Source: an uncultured Alphaproteobacteria bacterium
GTDB lineage: Bacteria > Pseudomonadota > Alphaproteobacteria > RF32 > CAG-239
Direction: 5' to 3'
Length of the DNA: 64,000 bases
NCBI GenBank assembly: GCA_934254915.1
Contig: CAKQMH010000007.1
Location: 2,422 to 66,421 of the forward strand
Shown here: positions 48,008-55,165 of the stretch, piece after piece
Layout of the letters: each line of letters begins with the position of its first letter
Position numbering within the stretch: the first letter of the stretch is position 1
Position numbers and translations under genes: made by a program
Notes under the pieces: model-generated
Databases searched by the model: none
What the model saw: only the letters and a program-made list of their open reading frames with translations
Told to the model about the DNA's origin: nothing

Positions 48008-48856
48008 ATGTTATATTATACACAAATTTTGAAACCAAATGCGGAGAAAATAGTGCTTAAGAAAAACACCTGCAGCGTATGTCTGTTTTTTGCTGCAACT
48101 CTTCTGTGTTCGTGCGCTTCCACTAACACTTCTTTGAATGATGAACATGATCAGGTCGACCGTTTTGAAAACGTCAATCGTGCCGTGTTCAAATTTAACT
48201 ACCAGTTTGATAAATATGTTCTGAAACCGGTCGCTAAAGGCTATCGTGCCATTACCAATCGTTTTGTGCGCGAACGCGTCAGTACCGCAATCAGCAACCT
48301 TGATGAACCGCTTAATGCCGGCAACTACCTTTTGCAGGCGCGTCCGCTTGACTCGCTTAAGAGCGTGGCTCGTTTTGCGCTTAACACCACTATGGGTTTG
48401 GCCGGTACGTTTGACGTCGCCGAAGGTTGGGGCTTGAAAAAACAAAGTACCTCGTTTAACGAAACCTTTGCCAAATGGTGTATTCCGAGCGGTCCGTATA
48501 TTGTTTTGCCGTTTATCGGTCCGAGCTCGCCGCGTCACGCTACCGGTATGGCTTTAGGATTCGTTTTTGATCCGGTATATTGGGCAACCTATAATGATGC
48601 CAATATCCGCGACAAAGTTCGTTGGTCATATACCGCGGTTCAGGCGGTTGCTATGCGTGAAGGCGCGCTTGATTTGCTGGATGATTTGGAGCGTAATTCG
48701 GTTGACTATTACATCACGATGCGTTCGGCTTATCTGCAAAACCAGAACAAATTAAAGTGCTTTAATGATGTCGAGGCCGATGAAAATACCTATGATTTTG
48801 ACTTTGGTATTGAGGATGAAGACGCAACCTATGAAGCCATGGAAGATGAAAATTAA
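48008..48856 (+). CDS. mlaA: MlaA/VacJ-family outer-membrane lipoprotein (alternative GTG start at 48053 gives a cleaner lipoprotein signal)
   Basis: Lipobox LLCSC. Conserved VacJ motifs NRAVFKFNYQFDKYVLKPVAKGY and GPYIVLPFIGPSSPR. Confidence 0.8.
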   Translation: MLYYTQILKPNAEKIVLKKNTCSVCLFFAATLLCSCASTNTSLNDEHDQVDRFENVNRAVFKFNYQFDKYVLKPVAKGYRAITNRFVRERVSTAISNLDEPLNAGNYLLQARPLDSLKSVARFALNTTMGLAGTFDVAEGWGLKKQSTSFNETFAKWCIPSGPYIVLPFIGPSSPRHATGMALGFVFDPVYWATYNDANIRDKVRWSYTAVQAVAMREGALDLLDDLERNSVDYYITMRSAYLQNQNKLKCFNDVEADENTYDFDFGIEDEDATYEAMEDEN

Positions 48857-48877
48857 TAATTCAGGGAGAAACCTTAA

Positions 48878-49471
48878 ATGAAAAAAACAGTTTTATCGGT
48901 ATTGGCCGCACTTATGATGTTTGGCACGGCCGCACAGGCGGAAGTTGACAGCGCAGCGGCGGAAAAGTTTGTTAAAAACGTCACTACCCAAGGCATTGAG
49001 GAAATTATTAACGCTAATGTTTCGCAGGCTGAAAAAGATGCGCGTTTTGCCAAATTGTTTAATCAGGCTCTTGATTTGGACTTTATCGGACAATTTGTCT
49101 TGGGGCGCAACTGGCGTACCGCCACTCCCGAACAGCGCAAAGAGTTCATCCAAACCTATCGTCAGCTGAATATTTCCACCTGGTCGAAGCGTTTTGACGA
49201 ATTTAAGGGCAAAGAGTTTGTTTTCAAAGGTACGACCCCGTCTAATTCCAAGGGGCAGATTTTTGTAAATTCGGTTGTGCCGATGGATCAGGGCGAACCA
49301 GCCAAGGTTGTATGGCGTGTTAAGGAAAAAGCCGGACAATATCGCATTGTCGACATTATTATTGAGAATGTCAGTCTCGCGATTACGGCGCGCAATGAAT
49401 ATACGGCCTTCATTAAGAACAATCCCGGCGGTATAGATGCCTTGATTGCTAATCTCAAAACCAAAATCTGA
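48878..49471 (+). CDS. mlaC: Phospholipid-binding periplasmic protein MlaC (Ttg2D family)
   Basis: Sec signal MKKTVLSVLAALMMFGTAAQA. Tol-resistance MlaC-like size (197 aa). Immediately downstream of mlaA. Confidence 0.7.
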   Translation: MKKTVLSVLAALMMFGTAAQAEVDSAAAEKFVKNVTTQGIEEIINANVSQAEKDARFAKLFNQALDLDFIGQFVLGRNWRTATPEQRKEFIQTYRQLNISTWSKRFDEFKGKEFVFKGTTPSNSKGQIFVNSVVPMDQGEPAKVVWRVKEKAGQYRIVDIIIENVSLAITARNEYTAFIKNNPGGIDALIANLKTKI

Positions 49472-49475
49472 GTTC

Positions 49476-49503
49476 TTAAGCCTCCTGCGGGAGGCTTTTT
49501 TAA
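49476..49503 (+). terminator. Rho-independent terminator after mlaC
   Basis: AAGCCTCC / GGAGGCTT stem with a TGCG loop, followed by T6. Confidence 0.75.
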
Positions 49504-49799
49504 TGCCAGACTGATAATTAGTCTAGGTAAGCTGGAAAAAACTCAAATTGATAATATATTATAATTGTTCACGATGATGGTACATCGAAATTTTATTTCT
49601 TTTGCCATTATGAGTGTTCACCAGATTCTCCTGCACCTATTGTTGTGGCAAAAGATATAATATTTTTTGTTCATCAAAGTTTCAGTGAGGTCGGAAAGGC
49701 GAAAAGTATATGGCTTTTCGCCTTTTTTATGGTTTGGGTTGTATTTTTATCCAATTATTAAATATTGTTTGCTAAAATTCATTAAAATTGACAAAAAAG

Positions 49800-49827
49800 T
49801 TGAATTTTCGAAAATTTATGCTAGAAT
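49800..49827 (+). promoter_or_regulatory. Sigma-70 promoter (-35 TTGAAT 49800-49805, 16-nt spacer, -10 TAGAAT 49822-49827 with upstream TGc)
   Basis: Hexamers read directly. Followed by a GGAGG RBS at 49852-49856 and an ATG at 49862. Confidence 0.5.
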
Positions 49828-49861
49828 AAATCTCATAGTAAAGAATATACCGGAGGCAGCC

Positions 49862-51817
49862 ATGGCAGAATCAAAATTGTTTACGTTCACCTTTAATATG
49901 GACGAGGAACATAAGTCGCTAATTTTGCAAAAGTATAATCAAGAAACTTTCTCCGCAGAGGATGAAAAGCTTTTGGCCTCAATCCGCAATTCTTCTGCAC
50001 CCAATAAAGAACAAGCTGAAAAAGATTTACTTTTCGCGCATGCTTTTGTCCGTAGTGTGGCTGAAGACGGCAAATATTCGCAACAAGATGGTGAAAATCC
50101 GGCCAATCAAAATAATGTTGAGCTGAAACAAGATCGTCATGGAAACTTGCGCTTGCTTTGCATGATGCGTAATCTGGAAGGTACGGGCTTGAATTTTACG
50201 ATTGAGGACGGCAAAAGTATCGTCTTGGCTCAAAATGGCGAAATGAGCCGTGAAAAACTCATGGCTTTGTTCAACTTTTTAGACACTCACTATATCAGCG
50301 ATGTCAAGCTTCCGGATAATCTCCGTGATTTGACTTTAGCGCCGACCGCCGATGACAACAGCCCGAATGTCGGGACTTATTGGGACAAATTGCAGCAAGA
50401 ATCTGAAAGTTTTGCTGAACAAAACGAAATGAGCGGACAGGTCAAACTCGGTGCTGGTAAGTCCGAGAATATAGAGCCGGATATATCACCATCCGAGAAT
50501 ATTGATCCTGATATGTCACCATTGGCTAATAGTGGAGGAGCTTTTTATAAAGATGATAACAAGCCGCTTAACCTCAGTGCCAAAGTAATGCGCGATAAGG
50601 TTGAGGCTCGTCTGGGGATTATGGGCTACAACAACGGTGTTATCAAAACCAAATCCCTATGGTTTAATAATGGTTATATTGTCAGTGCCTATAAAGACGA
50701 TGATGCCTATAAGAACGATGGTAAAAACGAAAAAGGCAAAATTAAACACACCAAAGATTTTTCGATTAAAGTCCAAATCAAAAAAGGTCGTCCTACCGTC
50801 AGCTGGTATATCCCGCAAGGCGGTAAAATTGAAACCAAACATGCTCAAGCGATGTTGGATGCCCTAAAAGCTACCGGCGCTAAATATTTTACTCTTCCTT
50901 CAGCGGTTAAGGTCAGTGGCGGAGCGCAAAATTGTTTTTGGGAGGGCTGCGGCAAAACCTTAATGGTTCCGCGGTGCAAATGTGCCGATTGTCCGGAAGG
51001 AGTTGAGCTTGGTCCGGATAATGTTCAAACTATGTTCAATGTTATTGAAAAAGATAACAATAAAGATTCGGATTCCGTTTTGGAATTTAAGGCACGGTTG
51101 TTAGATGAATTAGAATATCAGGAAGCTTACAAACGTTCTAAAAACAAAAATTATAAAACCAATTCGGTTTTGGCTACTCAAATGGAACAAATGCGTGGAA
51201 CATTGGTCTATAAAAAACTGAATGACGGCTACCTTAATAATTTAAGCAGTAACATTATGAAGATGGCCAATAAAGGGCTGAGCAGCAAAACCAAAAATGA
51301 AGGTTGGGATTTCATTGAAGTTCAGGCCGCCAACCGAGCAATGGTATCAATAATCGAAAAGTTAAATGAAAAAGACGATAACGGCAATTTCAAATACCGC
51401 TATATTGGTTCGCCGGAGCAAGATAAAGCTTTGGATAAGATTTTTGCCAAGATGATGGAAGAAGAAAAGAAAAATATTGCAGAGGAATTTCAGTTGGGAC
51501 TGTCTGAAGGCAAACGCGAAAAAGACATAAAGAATGAAATTCGCGGCACAACCAAAGGTCTGATTGAAACGACACATGATAGTATTGAAACTGATTACGG
51601 CATCAAATTGAATATGTCATCTAAAGGTGTTAATGTTTCAAGTAATGTTGATATTAAGAAATACTATCCTGATACTAAAGTCAAAAAAGATGGCAAGGGA
51701 CATCTTGAATACGACTTCAGCGGTTGCAGCTATAAGAGAACAACCTCGCGCAGCCATACCGGTGAAGTTCAACAGCTTGGCGGCAACGTCAATCGGATTA
51801 CAAGTCGCGAACGTTGA
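49862..51817 (+). CDS. Hypothetical hydrophilic protein, 651 aa (start at MAESKLF; the upstream part of the long ORF 49667-49861 is promoter sequence)
   Basis: GGAGG 6 nt upstream of the ATG. No signal peptide or TM. Lys/Asp/Asn/Glu-rich. Contains an internal 10-aa tandem repeat and a Cys cluster CFWEGCGKTLMVPRCKCADCPEG. Confidence 0.6.
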   Translation: MAESKLFTFTFNMDEEHKSLILQKYNQETFSAEDEKLLASIRNSSAPNKEQAEKDLLFAHAFVRSVAEDGKYSQQDGENPANQNNVELKQDRHGNLRLLCMMRNLEGTGLNFTIEDGKSIVLAQNGEMSREKLMALFNFLDTHYISDVKLPDNLRDLTLAPTADDNSPNVGTYWDKLQQESESFAEQNEMSGQVKLGAGKSENIEPDISPSENIDPDMSPLANSGGAFYKDDNKPLNLSAKVMRDKVEARLGIMGYNNGVIKTKSLWFNNGYIVSAYKDDDAYKNDGKNEKGKIKHTKDFSIKVQIKKGRPTVSWYIPQGGKIETKHAQAMLDALKATGAKYFTLPSAVKVSGGAQNCFWEGCGKTLMVPRCKCADCPEGVELGPDNVQTMFNVIEKDNNKDSDSVLEFKARLLDELEYQEAYKRSKNKNYKTNSVLATQMEQMRGTLVYKKLNDGYLNNLSSNIMKMANKGLSSKTKNEGWDFIEVQAANRAMVSIIEKLNEKDDNGNFKYRYIGSPEQDKALDKIFAKMMEEEKKNIAEEFQLGLSEGKREKDIKNEIRGTTKGLIETTHDSIETDYGIKLNMSSKGVNVSSNVDIKKYYPDTKVKKDGKGHLEYDFSGCSYKRTTSRSHTGEVQQLGGNVNRITSRER

Positions 51818-51837
51818 TATTAATGCCTTTACCCTTT

Positions 51838-51870
51838 TATCGCCATTCGTTATCGGATGGCGATTTTTTT
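51838..51870 (+). terminator. Rho-independent terminator after the 651-aa gene
   Basis: ATCGCCAT / ATGGCGAT stem, followed by T8. Confidence 0.6.
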
Positions 51871-51974
51871 TATCCTCAAGAAACAATTTACAATATTTTG
51901 TGTCTTTACAAACTAAACCGATTTTATAAACTAAAGCCAACCTAAAGTTTAACTATTTTGATAAGGAAAAACTA

Positions 51975-52778
51975 ATGTCAAATATTCATGCTACCGCTGT
52001 TGTTGAAGATGGTGCGCAAATTGCCGCCACTGCCGAAATCGGACCTTTTTGCGTAATCAGCTCGCGCGCCAAAATCGGCGAAAATGTCCGCTTGATTGCT
52101 CATGTTACCGTTATGGGCGACACCACTATCGGCGATGGTACGATTGTTTTTCCGGGAGCTGTTTTGGGCGCCGGTCCGCAAGATCATGGTAATGAGTTCA
52201 AAACCGAAGCTAAACTGATTATCGGTAAAAATAATATTATCCGCGAAAATGTTACCATGCATGCCGGAACACCTAAAGAACACTTTACTACCACCGTCGG
52301 CGACAACGGTATGTTTATGATTAACTCTCATATTGCGCATGACTGCGTAGTCGGCAATAATGTCATTATGACCAACAATGCCGTTATCGGCGGACACGTA
52401 CGCTTGGGCGATGGGGTTATTATCGGCGGCAACTCTGCCGTTCACCAGTTCTGCCGTATCGGCCGCAAAGCTATGATTGGCGGTATGTCCGGCGTTGACC
52501 GCGATGTTATCCCGTTTGCGATTGTTACCGGCGACCGCGGCAAATTGCGCGGCTTGAATGTCATCGGGTTGAAACGCAGCGGCTTTGAAGAAAGCGTTGT
52601 CAAATCTATCAGCCGTGCTTTTATGTTCATTTTCAAAGGCAAGACCGGTACTTTCGAAGAACGCTTGGTTGAAGCGCGTGAAAAATACAAAGATAATGAA
52701 ATGGTTATGGAGCAAATCAAATTTATTGAGGAAGCTCTTAGCGGTCGCCGCAAAGTTATGATGGCTGACGATAAATAA
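51975..52778 (+). CDS. lpxA: Acyl-ACP--UDP-N-acetylglucosamine O-acyltransferase
   Basis: Left-handed beta-helix hexapeptide repeats throughout, with the N-terminus IHATAVVEDGAQI; 267 aa. Confidence 0.9.
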   Translation: MSNIHATAVVEDGAQIAATAEIGPFCVISSRAKIGENVRLIAHVTVMGDTTIGDGTIVFPGAVLGAGPQDHGNEFKTEAKLIIGKNNIIRENVTMHAGTPKEHFTTTVGDNGMFMINSHIAHDCVVGNNVIMTNNAVIGGHVRLGDGVIIGGNSAVHQFCRIGRKAMIGGMSGVDRDVIPFAIVTGDRGKLRGLNVIGLKRSGFEESVVKSISRAFMFIFKGKTGTFEERLVEAREKYKDNEMVMEQIKFIEEALSGRRKVMMADDK

Positions 52779-52803
52779 TTTTTTTGACTTAAGGTGACTC
52801 TTT

Positions 52804-53640
52804 ATGACCCCACAACGCAAACTCGGCATTATCGCCGGTGGCGGAACTATCCCGCATATGCTGATTGAGCATTGCCGTCAAACTGGCCGACCATACTTTG
52901 TTTTGGCGATTGAAGGCAATGCCGATAAAGCTTTGGTAAATGAACAGATTCCTCACCAATGGATACGTATCGGGCAGGCCGGTACGGGATTTAAGCGTCT
53001 GGCTGAAGAAAAAGTTCAGGATGTGGTCATGATTGGTACTATTCACCGCCCTAGCTTTTTTGATTTAGTGCCGGATTTGCGTACAACGGCTTTTTTTGCC
53101 AAAATCGGCACTAAAGCTTTGGGCGATGACGGTATTCTGCGCGCTTTGGTCAAAGAAATCGAAAGAGAAGGTATGGTTGTCCGCGGTATCCACGAGGTTA
53201 TGGCCGATTTGTTGGTCAAGGAAGGCGTGCTTGGCCGTCACAAACCCGACAAACAGGCTTTGAGTGATATCCGCCGCGGGGTCGAAGTTGCCACCGCATT
53301 GGGGCAGGTCGATGTCGGACAATCAGTCGTCGTACAGCAGGGCTTGGTGCTTGGCGTTGAAGGTATTGAAGGCACGGATGAGCTTATCCGCCGCTGTGGA
53401 GATTATCGCCGCAAAGGTGTCGGCGGGGTTTTGGTCAAACTGCGTAAACCGCAGCAGGATATGCGGATTGACCTGCCGACCATTGGCCCGCGTTCGGTTA
53501 TTCGCGCTAAGGAAAGCGGTCTGCGCGGTATTGTCGTCCACGCCGGCAACGGTTTGATTGTAGATGAGGCCGAGGTTATCAAACTGGCTGATAAAGAAGG
53601 ACTGTTTGTTATGGGGGTAAATCCGAATGACTATCGCTGA
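52804..53640 (+). CDS. lpxI: UDP-2,3-diacylglucosamine pyrophosphatase LpxI (DUF1009)
   Basis: KLGIIAGGGTIP N-terminus, DLPTIGPRS and a GLFVMGVNP C-terminus, which match Caulobacter LpxI (KLGLIAGGGALP, DLPTIG, GLFVLGVDP). It sits between lpxA and lpxB. Confidence 0.8.
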   Translation: MTPQRKLGIIAGGGTIPHMLIEHCRQTGRPYFVLAIEGNADKALVNEQIPHQWIRIGQAGTGFKRLAEEKVQDVVMIGTIHRPSFFDLVPDLRTTAFFAKIGTKALGDDGILRALVKEIEREGMVVRGIHEVMADLLVKEGVLGRHKPDKQALSDIRRGVEVATALGQVDVGQSVVVQQGLVLGVEGIEGTDELIRRCGDYRRKGVGGVLVKLRKPQQDMRIDLPTIGPRSVIRAKESGLRGIVVHAGNGLIVDEAEVIKLADKEGLFVMGVNPNDYR

Positions 53641-54805
53641 GCAACCATTGAAAGTTTATCTGATTGCCGGTGAACCGAGCGGTGATTTGCTTGGTTCGCG
53701 CCTGATGCGTGCCCTGCGCCGCAAAACCGCGGGTAAGGTTGAATTTTTTGGACTTGGCGGCGATACCATGGAAGCTGAAGGACTTAAGCCGCTGTTTGAT
53801 ATTTCGGATTTGGCAATTATGGGCTTGATTGAGGTCATTCCCAGTATTCCTAAAGTTTTGCGCCATATCAAAGAAACTGTCGCCGACATCTTGCGTGTTC
53901 AGCCGGATATTGTCATAACGATTGACAGCTGGAGTTTTTCCGCCCGCGTTCATCAAAAACTTCGCCAGCTCAAAACCGGTATTCCACAATTGCACTATGT
54001 CGCTCCGCAAGTTTGGGCTTGGAAGAAAAAACGTGCCAAGACCATGTATAAATACATTGACGCCTTAATGACGCTGCTTCCGCAAGAACCCAAATATTTT
54101 ACACCTTATCATTTGGAAACGGTTTTTGTCGGACATCCGGTAATCGAAAGCGAAGTTTTACAGGCTGACGGCAATGAATTTCGCCGTCAATATCAAATTC
54201 CTGATAATAAGAAAATCATCACGATTTTGCCTGGCTCAAGGCATAATGAAGTCGGCCGTCTGTTGCCGGTTTTTGCTGAGGCTGCCCGCCGGTTGTTGGC
54301 GCAAAATCCCGATTTCTATTTTGTGATTCCCACGGTGCGAACCGTCGCCCGCCATGTTAAGGCCGAAGCTGCCAAGCTTAATTTGCCGTTGTTGGTGGTC
54401 GAAAGCCAGCAGGATCGCTACAATGCGTTTCGTGCGTCATCGGCCGCTATTGCCGCTTCCGGCACGGTTGCGTTGGAGTTGGCAATTTGCCGGATTCCGC
54501 ATATTATCGGCTATAAGGTATCGCCGCTGACCGCCTTTATTGCCGACAAATTCTTAAAAATTCAGTTTGTAAACTTATCAAATATCATGCTTGGACGCGA
54601 GGTTGTTCCTGAATTGTTGCAAGAACAGTGTATCGCCGGCAACATTGTTCGTTATATTAATGAGTTGCTGTCGCACGGCGAATTATACCATCGCCAAATG
54701 GATGGTTTTGATAAAGTCAAAGCATTGTTAAGTAACGGCGAACAAACTCCAAGTGACAATGCCGCCGATTTTATTTTGGATTTGATTTCACGGACACGCC
54801 GCTGA
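53627..54805 (+). CDS. lpxB: Lipid-A-disaccharide synthase
   Basis: N-terminus LKVYLIAGEPSGDLLG, characteristic of LpxB (GT19); 392 aa. Confidence 0.9.
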   Translation: MTIAEQPLKVYLIAGEPSGDLLGSRLMRALRRKTAGKVEFFGLGGDTMEAEGLKPLFDISDLAIMGLIEVIPSIPKVLRHIKETVADILRVQPDIVITIDSWSFSARVHQKLRQLKTGIPQLHYVAPQVWAWKKKRAKTMYKYIDALMTLLPQEPKYFTPYHLETVFVGHPVIESEVLQADGNEFRRQYQIPDNKKIITILPGSRHNEVGRLLPVFAEAARRLLAQNPDFYFVIPTVRTVARHVKAEAAKLNLPLLVVESQQDRYNAFRASSAAIAASGTVALELAICRIPHIIGYKVSPLTAFIADKFLKIQFVNLSNIMLGREVVPELLQEQCIAGNIVRYINELLSHGELYHRQMDGFDKVKALLSNGEQTPSDNAADFILDLISRTRR

Positions 54806-54807
54806 GA

Positions 54808-55056
54808 TTATTCCGCCACACATTTGTGGTAATAGCTGCAGCCTTCGGCTTCGCAATCAACCATTTTTTCACCGGCCGGACAAATCGTGGTCGTCAGGTC
54901 ATATCCGACACAGGCTTCCGAACAAGTCGTTTCCAAAGCTGCCCCGCTTCCCACAATCGGGAGCGAAGATGTATATTCGGTAATCGATTGTACGCGGGCA
55001 TCGGCGGTAGCAGCTATGCCCATAGCTAATGCAAAGCAAAGAATTTTAATTTTCAT
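54808..55056 (-). CDS. Small secreted cysteine-rich protein (82 aa from MKIKIL; the longer ORF runs to 55089)
   Basis: SD GAGGTGG 4 nt upstream of the ATG at 55056. Signal MKIKILCFALAMGIAATADA. The mature part has 7 Cys in about 60 aa and contains TCSEAC...CPAGEK, matching the N-terminal module of the two large Cys-rich proteins. Confidence 0.5.
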   Translation of the reverse strand: MKIKILCFALAMGIAATADARVQSITEYTSSLPIVGSGAALETTCSEACVGYDLTTTICPAGEKMVDCEAEGCSYYHKCVAE

Positions 55057-55165
55057 TGTCCACCTCATTTGGCTAAAACTACATTTCATTGTAATTTGTA
55101 AAAGTTAATTTATTGCAAATAAGCATAATTTATATTAAATTAGCCGCGACAAAGGAAAGAGAACT

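Noticed and set aside
48011-48538. 175-aa ORF antisense to mlaA
   Set aside because: It overlaps the conserved VacJ coding frame, and its basic low-complexity translation is typical of antisense.
49667-49861. N-terminal extension of the long ORF upstream of the 651-aa gene
   Set aside because: This stretch contains a good sigma-70 promoter and a GGAGG RBS for the ATG at 49862. The upstream frame is AT-rich promoter DNA that happens to be open.
51978-52829. 283-aa ORF antisense to lpxA
   Set aside because: lpxA hexapeptide-repeat genes generate long open antisense frames. The sense frame has the diagnostic motifs.
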